From assembly GCA_016938675.1 (NCBI GenBank), contig JAFGUF010000001.1, positions 134,249-198,248 of the forward strand: a DNA stretch of 64,000 nucleotides, read 5' to 3'. Below, one piece after another: positions 27,214 to 36,962 of the stretch; position 1 is the first letter of the stretch, and the number at the start of each line of letters is the position of its first letter. The translations under genes and the position numbers were made by a program. The DNA comes from Clostridia bacterium (GTDB taxonomy: Bacteria; Bacillota; Clostridia; Christensenellales; UMGS416). Under the pieces are notes generated by a model. It was given only the letters and a program-made list of their open reading frames with translations, was not told where the DNA came from and searched no databases.

Positions 27214-27804
27214 TTGGAGATTGCTTTGAATAAGACTTCAAAAACAAATAATACAACAAAATGGTCATGGGTGATAAAAATATTCGCTGTGACTATTATA
27301 TTAGCTTCATTACTATCATTGGCCTCAGAAGCTGCATTGAGGAATTTTTCTCTTCCGCTTGCTTTTCTGGCTCTGATTTTTTTTGTTTTTTTGGGTATTT
27401 TGTTTGATACGATTGGCGTAGCAGTGGCTACAGCAGACATGACGCCCTTCGTAGCAATGAGCTCAAAAAGAGTGCGTGGAGCAAAAGAAGGGCTATTCTT
27501 GCTGCAGCGCGCTGAAATAGTCGCGAATATCTGCAATGACGTAGTGGGAGATATCTGCGGAATAATAAGCGGTGCAGCCGGCGGAATAATAGTGATTACA
27601 CTGGTATCAAAAATTGAAAACATTTCTTCGCTTATGATTTCAGTAATTTTAAGTGCGTTAATTGCAGGTTTCACTGTTTCCGGAAAAGCATTAGGCAAAA
27701 TAATTGCGATGAGAGACAATAAAGAAATTGTTCTTATTGTCGGCAGGGTGATACATGTATTCACCGGCATATGGAGAAAAGATAATGGAAAATATTTTAA
27801 ATAG
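27214..27804 (+). CDS. oapA: OLE-associated protein A (OapA), 4-TM membrane protein
   Basis: 196 aa with four hydrophobic helices and a DxxxD motif (NDVVGDI; D codons at 27538 and 27550). It lies immediately downstream of the OLE candidate and upstream of dxs. TTG start at 27214. An alternative TTG at 27226 is preceded by GGAGA. Confidence 0.78.
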   Translation: MEIALNKTSKTNNTTKWSWVIKIFAVTIILASLLSLASEAALRNFSLPLAFLALIFFVFLGILFDTIGVAVATADMTPFVAMSSKRVRGAKEGLFLLQRAEIVANICNDVVGDICGIISGAAGGIIVITLVSKIENISSLMISVILSALIAGFTVSGKALGKIIAMRDNKEIVLIVGRVIHVFTGIWRKDNGKYFK

Positions 27805-29674
27805 TATAAACGAACCAAGTGACATAAAAAAACTAAGCATTAGCGAGCTTAAAGACCTTGCAGTAGAAATAAGGCGCATGATCATTAAAACTGTTGCAAA
27901 AAACGGAGGTCATCTTGCGTCCAATTTAGGAATAGTTGAGGCAACGCTGGCAATACATAAAGTATTTGACCTGCCGAAAGACAGCATCATTTTTGATGTA
28001 GGCCATCAATGCTATACACACAAGATAATTACAGAAAGAAAAGATGATTTTTATACATTGCGCCAGCAAGGCGGCATAAGCGGATTCCCAAAACGGGAAG
28101 AGAGCACATATGACAGTTTTAACACCGGCCACTCGTCCACATCCATATCTGCTGCTGTAGGCATGGCTAGGGCTAACAGGCTGCAGGGGAAAAACAACCA
28201 TGTTGTGGCTTTAATAGGCGACGGAGCACTGACCGGGGGCATGGCATGGGAAGCTATAAATGACCTTGGGCATAACAAGGAAAAGGTCATAATAATTCTC
28301 AATGATAATGAAATGTCAATCAACAGGAACGTAGGCGCAATGTCAAGATACCTGAATACTCTGCGCACAAAGAGCGGATATGTACACGCGAAGCTTTCGG
28401 TTTCCCGCTTTATGAAATCCGTTCCCGGCATCGGCAAACCCATATATGATTTTTTCTCAAGACTTAAAGACAGCTTCAGGTTCCTCTTCATGAACAACAT
28501 GCTTTTTGAGGAAATGGGCTTGAAATATTACGGGATATTGGACGGGCATGATATCAGGCTGATGACCAGAATACTGGAGCAGTGCAAGGAAATAAACGGC
28601 CCAGTGCTTATTCATATAAAAACAAGAAAAGGCAGAGGCTACAAATATGCCAGCAGCCTGCCTGATCAGTACCATAGTACGACTCCTTTTGACATAAAAA
28701 CAGGTGAGAAGAAAAACAAAGGAAAATATAATCTTCCTGTACAGATGTCTGAAAGGCTTATTAAGCTGGGAGCAAAAGACAGCCGTATATGCGTCATAAC
28801 AGCTGCGATGCAAAGCGGATGCGGCCTGGATGAATTTAAGAAGGCAAATCCGACACGCTTTTTTGATGTTGGTATAGCTGAAGCTCACGCTGTAACTATG
28901 GCCGCAGGGCTGGCAGCGGGAGGTATGAAGCCGGTTTTTTCGGTGTATTCCACCTTTTTGCAGCGAGCATATGACCAGATTGTTCATGATGTCTGCCTGC
29001 AGAATCTGCCTGTAGTATTTCTAGTGTACAATAGCGGCATTGTGGGGAGTGACGGAGAAACGCATCAGGGAGTGTATGACATTTCTTTTCTCAGGCACAT
29101 ACCGAACCTGAAAATAATTTCACCTTCGTCAAAGCAAGAGGCTGAAAACGCTCTAGACTTTGCTTTCTCTGCGGACGCTCCTATCGCGCTGCTTCTGGGT
29201 AATCAGCTGCCAGAGCATAACCTTTATAATTCACAGCAGAACAATATGTATAAATGGGCAATGGTTACAAAGGCAAAATATAAAAAGGTAGCTTTAATAT
29301 CAAACTCCAGCCTCTTAGTTCAGTGCATGGACGCCGCCATTGATAAAAAACACTATAGCTACACGGACGTATTTAATGCTAGGTCAATAAAACCCTTAGA
29401 TAAGCAGATGCTTGGATATATCGCTAATAATTATGAGATAATAATCACCGTTGAAGATAATCTTTTGCAAGGGGGATTCGGCAGCGCAGTGCTTGAGCAC
29501 CTTAATAAGTACGAAAGTGCTAAAAACCACATTATATGCCTCGGATATGATGACATATACATAGAGCACGGCTCGAAAGAATTCATTTACAATAAATATT
29601 CACTCGATACAGAAGGTATTAGTAAGCTTTTAGACAGCCTGAAATTAAGCAACGAGGATAAAAATGCAGGGTAA
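27785..29674 (+). CDS. dxs: 1-deoxy-D-xylulose-5-phosphate synthase
   Basis: About 629 aa. GGHLASNLG, the TPP-binding GDGALTGGMAWEA motif, and a transketolase-like C-terminus. The ATG at 27785 (RBS GGAGAAAAG) overlaps the oapA 3' end by 20 nt. Confidence 0.96.
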   Translation: MENILNSINEPSDIKKLSISELKDLAVEIRRMIIKTVAKNGGHLASNLGIVEATLAIHKVFDLPKDSIIFDVGHQCYTHKIITERKDDFYTLRQQGGISGFPKREESTYDSFNTGHSSTSISAAVGMARANRLQGKNNHVVALIGDGALTGGMAWEAINDLGHNKEKVIIILNDNEMSINRNVGAMSRYLNTLRTKSGYVHAKLSVSRFMKSVPGIGKPIYDFFSRLKDSFRFLFMNNMLFEEMGLKYYGILDGHDIRLMTRILEQCKEINGPVLIHIKTRKGRGYKYASSLPDQYHSTTPFDIKTGEKKNKGKYNLPVQMSERLIKLGAKDSRICVITAAMQSGCGLDEFKKANPTRFFDVGIAEAHAVTMAAGLAAGGMKPVFSVYSTFLQRAYDQIVHDVCLQNLPVVFLVYNSGIVGSDGETHQGVYDISFLRHIPNLKIISPSSKQEAENALDFAFSADAPIALLLGNQLPEHNLYNSQQNNMYKWAMVTKAKYKKVALISNSSLLVQCMDAAIDKKHYSYTDVFNARSIKPLDKQMLGYIANNYEIIITVEDNLLQGGFGSAVLEHLNKYESAKNHIICLGYDDIYIEHGSKEFIYNKYSLDTEGISKLLDSLKLSNEDKNAG

Positions 29675-30470
29675 GCGGCTGGATAATTATATAGTTGAGA
29701 TCGGCGAATGCCCGTCAAGAGAAAGCGCGAAGCGGCTGATAATGGCAGGCAAAGTGCTTGTGAATGAAATAGTTATATCGAAGGGCTCATATATTGTCAA
29801 GGATTCGGATTTAATCAGAATCAAAGAAAGACAGAAATTTGTAAGCAGGGGAGGGCATAAGCTGGAAAAGGCACTTGAAGTCTTTCCCGTTGATGTAAGC
29901 GGCCTTTCAATATTGGACATTGGCGCTTCAACAGGAGGGTTTACAGACTGCCTGCTGCAAAACGGCGCTAAAGAAATATGCGCAGTTGACGTAGGGTACG
30001 GCCAGCTGCACTGGTCTCTGCGCAATGACGAAAGAGTTAAAGTGCTTGAGCGTACAAATGCAAGATATATTACTCCTGAAATTTTAGAAAAGAAATATGA
30101 CGCTGCAGTTTGTGATGCGTCATTTATTTCGCTTAAGCTTCTTCTGCCTGCAATTGATGACTGTACTGATGATGGTGCCTTTTTTATTGGCTTGATCAAA
30201 CCTCAGTTTGAATGCGGAAAAGAAAACGTTGGCAAAGGCGGAGTCGTAAAGGATGAAAATGTCCATGCTGAAACAGTTGAAAGCGTTATAGATTATATTA
30301 ACTCCAATACTTCATTTAGTGTGCTGCAGCTGGATTTTTCGCCAATAACCGGTCCGAAAGGAAATATTGAATTTCTTGTGTTCTGCCGTAAAAATGTTAA
30401 GGAAACGCATATAAATACATTACAAATTATTAAAAATGCACACCTGTTCTTTAAAAATACAAAAAACTAG
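29664..30470 (+). CDS. tlyA: TlyA family rRNA 2'-O-methyltransferase (hemolysin A-like)
   Basis: 268 aa. N-terminal S4 domain, FtsJ-like methyltransferase, and the motif DIGASTGGFTDCLLQNGA. Confidence 0.92.
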   Translation: MQGKRLDNYIVEIGECPSRESAKRLIMAGKVLVNEIVISKGSYIVKDSDLIRIKERQKFVSRGGHKLEKALEVFPVDVSGLSILDIGASTGGFTDCLLQNGAKEICAVDVGYGQLHWSLRNDERVKVLERTNARYITPEILEKKYDAAVCDASFISLKLLLPAIDDCTDDGAFFIGLIKPQFECGKENVGKGGVVKDENVHAETVESVIDYINSNTSFSVLQLDFSPITGPKGNIEFLVFCRKNVKETHINTLQIIKNAHLFFKNTKN

Positions 30471-30489
30471 TTTATTAAAATAAAAAATA

Positions 30490-31371
30490 ATGTATAATAT
30501 TAACATGAATAAAAATTGTGCAGACTGCAAAGTAGGAATTGTGTTAAATTCCGGCAATAAAAAAACAGCAGAAATCAAGCAGGAGCTTTACTCAAAACTC
30601 CTAAGCAAAAACCTTGATACTGTGGTTTATGATGGTGATATTGCCCACTCAGATGCATTAGATGATTTTTCATCTTCATTGGATCTAATCTTTGCAATAG
30701 GCGGAGACGGCACGCTGCTATCTGTATTAAGAAGCTGCGGCAAGAAGGGCGTGCCAGTTATCGGCATTAACGCCGGAAGAAAAGGATTTCTTGCAGAAAT
30801 ATCTACTGAAGAAATTGACTTTGCGATTGAAAAAATAATTTCTAAAAGCTATTCCATTGAGGAAAGGCTTATGCTCGAAGCTACTGTTGTGAGCGAAGAC
30901 GGCGAAGAAGTATCAAAAGATATTATTGCTGTCAATGATTTCAACGTAGCAAGGCATGGCTATGCACGCATGATACGCCTGGAAGTCTATATAGACGATC
31001 AGCTGGCAGACAGCTTTGACGCTGACGGCGTACTTGTATCCAGCCCTATTGGCTCCACCGCTTATTCCCTTTCAGCGGGCGGGCCTATTATTTTGCCGGG
31101 TATAGACTGCATTCTTATTACGCCGGTATGCTCTCATTCGCTGCATGCCCGGCCTATGATAACACCTGATAATGTAAAAATAAAAATTGTAGCTAAAGAC
31201 CAGCTGCATGATGTAATAACGACGATTGACGGACAAAGCCTGATATCAGTGCCTGTAAAAGGATATATTGAAATAACTAAATCCAAGTTTAAGGCCAGGT
31301 TTGTGAGATTTCGTAACGAAGATTATTATTCGAGGTTCTGGAAGAAGATAATAAACTGGAGCATTAACTGA
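30490..31371 (+). CDS. nadK: NAD+ kinase
   Basis: 293 aa. GGDGTLL motif and the NadK C-terminal domain (SSPIGSTAYSLSAGGPI). The start could be the ATG at 30505. Confidence 0.93.
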   Translation: MYNINMNKNCADCKVGIVLNSGNKKTAEIKQELYSKLLSKNLDTVVYDGDIAHSDALDDFSSSLDLIFAIGGDGTLLSVLRSCGKKGVPVIGINAGRKGFLAEISTEEIDFAIEKIISKSYSIEERLMLEATVVSEDGEEVSKDIIAVNDFNVARHGYARMIRLEVYIDDQLADSFDADGVLVSSPIGSTAYSLSAGGPIILPGIDCILITPVCSHSLHARPMITPDNVKIKIVAKDQLHDVITTIDGQSLISVPVKGYIEITKSKFKARFVRFRNEDYYSRFWKKIINWSIN

Positions 31372-31395
31372 AAAAGAATTGTGAGGACTTAAATT

Positions 31396-31848
31396 ATGAC
31401 TAAAAATCAAAGACAGCTTGCTATACTTGAGACAATTGACAAAAAGGAAATACATACTCAGGGTGAGCTGGTGGAGGAAATACTCAATCTTGGATTTGAC
31501 GTAACTCAAGCCACCATTTCGCGCGACATAAACGAACTTAAGCTGATAAAAATATCAACTGAAGACGGCAGTCATAAGTACGCTACGCAGGATAAAGCAA
31601 CGGATAAACTCTCGGGTAGGAAACTTCGTATTTTCTACGAGAGTGTCATATCAGTTAAGCGCTCGAAAAACATCATTATAATCAATACGCTGACAGGCAG
31701 CGCGAATGCAGCAGCAGAGACAATAGATTCGCTCCACTGGGATGGTATACTCGGCACAATTGCTGGTGACAACTGCATTATGGTGATACTGGATGAAGAA
31801 ATTGATGGTGATGAAATTTACCAAAAATTCAGCAACTTGCTTGCATAA
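31396..31848 (+). CDS. argR: Arginine repressor ArgR/AhrC
   Basis: 150 aa. Winged HTH (TQGELVEEILNLGFDVTQATISRDINEL) and a C-terminal oligomerisation domain (GTIAGDNCIMV). Confidence 0.93.
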   Translation: MTKNQRQLAILETIDKKEIHTQGELVEEILNLGFDVTQATISRDINELKLIKISTEDGSHKYATQDKATDKLSGRKLRIFYESVISVKRSKNIIIINTLTGSANAAAETIDSLHWDGILGTIAGDNCIMVILDEEIDGDEIYQKFSNLLA

Positions 31849-31893
31849 TATGATATAATAAATTTTAAGAAATTCAGGGAAGGACAACACGGC

Positions 31894-33609
31894 ATGCTGC
31901 AATATCTATCAATAAGAAACGTAGCTGTAATAGAAAGTGTAGAGATAGAATTTGAAGACGGGCTTAATATCTTAACCGGTGAAACAGGCGCCGGAAAGTC
32001 CATCGTGATTGATTCAGTGAATCTGGCTCTGGGCGAAAGAGCAGACAAGAACATGATACGAACTGGAACGGATAAAGCCGTAGTTCAGGGTGTTTTTGAT
32101 TTAAGCAAATCTCCGGTATCCAAAGCATTGCTTAAGGGATACTTCGATATAGATGATAATGAGCTTGTTGTAATAAGAGAACTTTCAGCAAACGGCAGGA
32201 ACGTTTGCAAGATAAACGGCAATGTCGCTACACTAATGCAGCTAAAAAGCATTACATCCTCACTTGTCGATATTCACGGCCAGCATGAGCACCAGTCGCT
32301 GCTGGACGAAGCAAATCATATTAAGGTCGTAGACGGCTTTTCAGGCGAAGAGCTGGCGTCTCTTAAGAATCTTTACAGGCAGAAATTTCACGAATATATT
32401 AAAACAAAAGAAGAGATTGAATCCATGCAGCTCAATGAACTGGAACGACAGAGACAGATTGAGATGTACCAGTTTCAGATACGCGAAATAGACGAAGCAA
32501 AGCTGCAGACTGACGAGGATAACATCCTAAAGGAACAACGCCAGCTTCTTATTAGTTCCGAAGACATAAAGCGCTGTATAGACAATGCTCATTTTGCTCT
32601 TTCTGGAAGCGAGGAGGGGGCATCTATTTCAATGCTTGTACAGGTGGCCTATGATAACCTGGCAGCACTGGCGGAGATTGATAAAACGCATGCGCCTCTG
32701 GCCTCACGCCTTGAGGAGCTGATTATTGAGCTTGATGATATATCTGATGAAGTAAGAATCCTAGAGAGGGATTTCGACTTCGACCTAAATGACCTTGAAG
32801 AAATCGAAAACCGCCTCATGCTTCTAAAAAGGTTAAGCAAAAAGTATGGCTCTGATGTAAACGAGATAATAGTATACAGAAAAGAAATCGGCGAAAGGCT
32901 TCTGCTTTTGGATGAACATGAAATAATTCTGGATGAGCTGGAGAGAAGGGAAAAATCTCTTTATGACCAGTGCCTCAATATAGCCGTTCAGATGTCTGAG
33001 ATTAGAAAATCTGCTTCAATGCAGCTTCGCTTAAGGATTCTTGAGCAGCTTGCAGACCTTGGCATGGAAAATTCTGAATTCGAAACGCAGTTTGTATCAT
33101 CAACAGATGAAAACGGAGAATATATACTTGGCAAAAAAGGCATAGACAATGTAAGGTTTTTGATATCCACAAACCTAGGCGAAGATGTAAAGCCTCTGCG
33201 CGGAGTAGTATCCGGCGGTGAGCTTTCCAGGATAATGCTGGTTTTAAAGAGTATAACAGCACAAATTGACGATATAGACACGCTGATATTTGATGAAATA
33301 GATACCGGAATAAGCGGCGAAATGGCTAGGGTAGTGGGGGAGAAACTGGCTGTTATTGCATCCGGCAGGCAGGTAATATGCGTAACACACTCTGCGCAGA
33401 TAGCAGCGCTCTCGGACAATCATTTATTTATTTCAAAGAAAGTTGAAGATAATAAGACAAAGACGCTGATTACAAAGCTTGATATTGACCAGCGCTACAA
33501 AGAGATATCCAGGCTTGTTGGCGGAACAACAATGAGCTATTTAAGCGATGAGCACGCGAAGCAGATCATACACTATTCCAATGAGTTTAAGCAGAAATAT
33601 AGAAGCTGA
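31894..33609 (+). CDS. recN: DNA repair protein RecN
   Basis: 571 aa. SMC-like, with N-terminal Walker A (GETGAGKS), a long coiled coil, a C-terminal signature (SGGELSR) and Walker B (LIFDEIDTG). Confidence 0.96.
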   Translation: MLQYLSIRNVAVIESVEIEFEDGLNILTGETGAGKSIVIDSVNLALGERADKNMIRTGTDKAVVQGVFDLSKSPVSKALLKGYFDIDDNELVVIRELSANGRNVCKINGNVATLMQLKSITSSLVDIHGQHEHQSLLDEANHIKVVDGFSGEELASLKNLYRQKFHEYIKTKEEIESMQLNELERQRQIEMYQFQIREIDEAKLQTDEDNILKEQRQLLISSEDIKRCIDNAHFALSGSEEGASISMLVQVAYDNLAALAEIDKTHAPLASRLEELIIELDDISDEVRILERDFDFDLNDLEEIENRLMLLKRLSKKYGSDVNEIIVYRKEIGERLLLLDEHEIILDELERREKSLYDQCLNIAVQMSEIRKSASMQLRLRILEQLADLGMENSEFETQFVSSTDENGEYILGKKGIDNVRFLISTNLGEDVKPLRGVVSGGELSRIMLVLKSITAQIDDIDTLIFDEIDTGISGEMARVVGEKLAVIASGRQVICVTHSAQIAALSDNHLFISKKVEDNKTKTLITKLDIDQRYKEISRLVGGTTMSYLSDEHAKQIIHYSNEFKQKYRS

Positions 33610-33642
33610 TGTATCACTTCTATTATGATTCATTATTGATTT

Positions 33643-33672
33643 AAAAAAGGGACTGAATTTTCAGTCCCTTTC
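33643..33672. terminator. Bidirectional terminator between recN and the thioredoxin gene
   Basis: AAAAAA-GGGACTGA-ATTT-TCAGTCCC-TTT. Confidence 0.8.
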
Positions 33673-33679
33673 ATATTTA

Positions 33680-34174
33680 TTACCTGTATTTATCAATAAG
33701 GTCCAGATAAAGCTGCTTGTATCCTGCTCCCATTTGCGAATCTACAGGCTCACCGTCCTTGTAAATATATACCATTGGAATTCCGGTTATTCTGAATTCG
33801 TATGAAATATTCGGATTTTCATCTACGTTCAGCTTATAGAGTGTGATGCCTTCCTCGGCGCTTATCTCCTCAAGAATAGGAGCAAGCTGTAGGCAAGGGC
33901 CACACCATGCCGCCCAGAAGTCAACCATTACGATTCCAGTGGAATTATCAATTATATCGTGATATGTATCATCGGTCAGGTGGATTATTTCAGCCTCACC
34001 GGAAACTGTATCAGCGGTTTCTTCGGTATCCGCATCTATATTTTCAGTGTCAGCGTCTGCAGCGTTCTCTGTTTGTTCAGCCGTTGCAGCATCTGTCGGT
34101 TCAGTATTCATGCATCCCGCCAGAATAGACGAGATTAATAGTATAAATGTAATCAGTAATATATTCTTTTTCAT
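33680..34174 (-). CDS. Thioredoxin-domain lipoprotein (extracytoplasmic)
   Basis: 164 aa. Lipobox LAGC, an acidic low-complexity linker, then a thioredoxin fold with WCGPC. Confidence 0.85.
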   Translation of the reverse strand: MKKNILLITFILLISSILAGCMNTEPTDAATAEQTENAADADTENIDADTEETADTVSGEAEIIHLTDDTYHDIIDNSTGIVMVDFWAAWCGPCLQLAPILEEISAEEGITLYKLNVDENPNISYEFRITGIPMVYIYKDGEPVDSQMGAGYKQLYLDLIDKYR

Positions 34175-34232
34175 ATATTGCCCCTTTCTTATTTAAGGAA
34201 ATATAACATTGATTTAAGTTAATTATATCCTT

Positions 34233-34269
34233 AAATAAAAATGAGTTATGTGCTTTTGTCACATAACTC
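34233..34269 (-). terminator. Intrinsic terminator after pfk
   Basis: Perfect 10-bp stem GAGTTATGTG/CACATAACTC followed on the minus strand by ATTTTTATTT. Confidence 0.8.
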
Positions 34270-34284
34270 ACATCCTTTTCTTCA

Positions 34285-35355
34285 CTAGTCTCCAAAGGAT
34301 ATTCCTAGCCTTCTGGCATCCTCAACCATTTCACAGTCCTTTGGCACTAATTTTAGTTTTCCAGCTACTTCGCTTAATTTATTTGACGATATTTGATTAT
34401 TCTCCAGAGCAACGGTTCTTCCGAACTTTTTATCCTTTATCAGCTCTGCAGCATGAACGCCAAACCTGGTGGAAAGTATTCTGTCATATGCTGAAGGGCT
34501 TCCTCCGCGGACAACGTGCCCGGGGGATACAACACGTGTTTCAAACCCGGTTTTAGTCTGTATTTTATCTGCAACTCTGTGAGCCACAGAAAAGTAACCC
34601 GATTCCTTCCGGTATTCTTCCATTTCCTTTGCGGACATTGCTGACTCTTTTTTTGAAATCGAGCCTTCCGCAATGGCAACAATGGAAAAATTCTTGCCAG
34701 AAACTGTTCTTTTTTCAACTGCTTCAATAATTTTATGATGCTCAAAGGGGATTTCAGGTATCAAAATGATGTCAGCTCCGCCCGCAACGCCCGCATAGAG
34801 ATTCAGCCATCCTGCTTTATGTCCCATCAGCTCAATAATCATAACTCTGCCATGGGAGCTTGCAGTTGTATGTATCCTGTCTATAACATCAGTAGCGATG
34901 TCAACTGCTGTGTGAAAACCGAATGTAACTTCCGTTCCCCATAAATCATTGTCTATTGTCTTCGGAAGGCCGATTACATTCAAACCCTCATCAGACAGCA
35001 TATTTGCCGATTTGTGAGTTCCGTTGCCGCCAATCGTAACCAGACAGTCTAGATTCATTTTCTCATAATTTTCTACCATTGACTTGACTTTATCTATGTT
35101 ATCTTCTCCGATATTGCGCATTTCCTTAAAAGGCTGGCGCGATGTCCCGAATATTGTTCCGCCCAGTGTGAGTATGCCAGAAAACTGGTATGGCTCCATT
35201 TTTGTGTAATTTCCGTGGATCAATCCGTGGTAACCGTCATCAATCCCAAATATTGTTACATTATCAAACATCTCATATGATGCCTTAGCGACGCCTCTTA
35301 TTGCTGCATTTAGGCCGGGGCAGTCTCCTCCGCTTGTAAGAATTCCAATATTCAT
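34285..35355 (-). CDS. pfkA: 6-phosphofructokinase (ATP- or PPi-dependent; phosphoryl-donor motif reads GGNG instead of GGDG/GGDD)
   Basis: MNIGILTSGGDCPGLNAAIRG N-terminus, PKTIDNDL, and MGHKAGW. The ATG at 35355 follows AAAGAGGG. The track's longer start at 35436 is unlikely. Confidence 0.9.
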   Translation of the reverse strand: MNIGILTSGGDCPGLNAAIRGVAKASYEMFDNVTIFGIDDGYHGLIHGNYTKMEPYQFSGILTLGGTIFGTSRQPFKEMRNIGEDNIDKVKSMVENYEKMNLDCLVTIGGNGTHKSANMLSDEGLNVIGLPKTIDNDLWGTEVTFGFHTAVDIATDVIDRIHTTASSHGRVMIIELMGHKAGWLNLYAGVAGGADIILIPEIPFEHHKIIEAVEKRTVSGKNFSIVAIAEGSISKKESAMSAKEMEEYRKESGYFSVAHRVADKIQTKTGFETRVVSPGHVVRGGSPSAYDRILSTRFGVHAAELIKDKKFGRTVALENNQISSNKLSEVAGKLKLVPKDCEMVEDARRLGISFGD

Positions 35356-35541
35356 ATAATCCCTCTTTATTTTTGTCATTAGTACTTTAATAATTATTAT
35401 AAAATATACATGAGCGATTTGCAAATATGTGAACAAATTTAAAACTGTGCTCTTATTAAGGAAAATAATGTTTTAAACATATCTAGCCGTTTATATATCT
35501 ACGTGTATTCATATTTACAGAAAAGAAGGAGTTAGTTACTT

Positions 35542-36411
35542 ATGTTAAAATTTGGTTTTATTGGACTTACAAATTTTAGTGAAGCTTTATGCGTAAATTT
35601 GCTTAAAAAGGTTAACGCGATGGCATATGTGAGCGATAGCAGCATAGCGAGGGTTGAATTCTGCGGACAGCATGGAGCAGTGCCTTGTGAACTTGACACG
35701 GATGTTATCGACAGAGCGGACTTGATTCTGCTTTCATATGAAAATTTTGTTGACCTCCAAGCAACGATTTACAGCATCCTAGGCAACCTGACATCGCAAA
35801 AAATTATTTTGGATTTATCTATTATTTCGCCTGCGGAATCTCAGGAAATATCGGCAATGGTTAAGCCGACAGGCGCAGAATACTGCGACCTAGCAATTCT
35901 TAACACCCTTCAAGAGGTGGAAAGCAGCCAGGCGACCATTCTCTTTGGCGGAGCAGCTAGTGTGTATCTGAGGATACAGGAATTCCTTAAGCTTATGGCA
36001 GGCAATTCATTAAAAACAGGGAATATAACTTCAGCGCTTTCTACTAAAGTATGCTACAACATTCTTTATGCACAGATTCAAAACGGCGTAAATGAAATGC
36101 TTATCTATGCTTCAAAGGCAGGAGTCTTAGCAGACGATGTGATAGACGCTGTACAAGCAAGCCCTATCAAGAACACTTTCCTTGAGCAGAACGGAAAGAA
36201 AATTGCAAAAGGCGATTATTCCGTTAAAAATAAAATTAAGCATGTATTCAAGCAGCTGAATATCGCACATGACTTTACACTTAGCAATAAGATACCGATG
36301 AAGGGCCTAGAGCACACATTGAAGCTATATGAGTCAGCAATAGACAGAAAGCTTGAAAATCATGATATAGCTGAAGTGTATACAATAGTTGAAAGAGCAA
36401 GCCATAGCTAA
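35542..36411 (+). CDS. Beta-hydroxyacid dehydrogenase-like (NAD_binding_2/11 fold) protein with a degenerate dinucleotide-binding loop
   Basis: 289 aa. The N-terminus FGFIGLTNFSEA replaces the usual GFIGLGxMG. The family Lys/Asn region is retained (ALSTKVCYN). Confidence 0.6.
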   Translation: MLKFGFIGLTNFSEALCVNLLKKVNAMAYVSDSSIARVEFCGQHGAVPCELDTDVIDRADLILLSYENFVDLQATIYSILGNLTSQKIILDLSIISPAESQEISAMVKPTGAEYCDLAILNTLQEVESSQATILFGGAASVYLRIQEFLKLMAGNSLKTGNITSALSTKVCYNILYAQIQNGVNEMLIYASKAGVLADDVIDAVQASPIKNTFLEQNGKKIAKGDYSVKNKIKHVFKQLNIAHDFTLSNKIPMKGLEHTLKLYESAIDRKLENHDIAEVYTIVERASHS

Positions 36412-36432
36412 ATTTTAAAGGATTGAGTTTAC

Positions 36433-36466
36433 AAAAAGGCTTTTATTCAATTTAAAAGCCTTTTCT
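36433..36466 (+). terminator. Intrinsic terminator
   Basis: AAAAGGCTTTT-N9-AAAAGCCTTTT. Confidence 0.75.
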
Positions 36467-36482
36467 GTTATAATAATTTATT

Positions 36483-36962
36483 ATGATTAATTATATAAAA
36501 ATTGAAATGATGAAGTATAATCACGGCGACACAAGAAGAATTAACCATGCGCTAAAGGTTCATTCCTATGCAAAAATAATTGGGGAGGCGGAAAACCTTA
36601 AAGAGGATGAGCTTTTCACATTAGAGGCTGCTTCCGTTCTTCACGATATTGGCATAAAGGAATGTGAAAGGAAATATAGTAAATGCGGCGGCTATTATCA
36701 GCAAATTGAAGGCCCACCTGTCGCAAGGCAGCTACTTTCAGAAATTGATATGGACAGCTCAAAATTAGAAAGAGTTATTTATCTAATAAGCAGGCATCAC
36801 ACATTTAAAAATGTTGATGGCAGGGACTATCAAATTCTCCTTGAAGCTGACCTCATTGTAAACGCGCAGGAAGAATATATCTCAGAGTACGCATTCAGGA
36901 ACGCAGTGGATAAGCTATTTGTAACAGAAATGGGCAAATATTTATCAAGTGTTGTCTTATAA
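36483..36962 (+). CDS. HD domain-containing protein
   Basis: 159 aa. H...HD pattern (INHALKVH ... SVLHDIG ... SRHH). Confidence 0.7.
   Translation: MINYIKIEMMKYNHGDTRRINHALKVHSYAKIIGEAENLKEDELFTLEAASVLHDIGIKECERKYSKCGGYYQQIEGPPVARQLLSEIDMDSSKLERVIYLISRHHTFKNVDGRDYQILLEADLIVNAQEEYISEYAFRNAVDKLFVTEMGKYLSSVVL

Noticed and set aside
27210-27818. A 202-aa minus-strand ORF exactly antisense to oapA.
   Set aside because: It is a shadow ORF of the + strand membrane-protein gene. The + strand frame has the OapA-like 4-TM/DxxxD architecture and fits the operon. The antisense frame has no start context.
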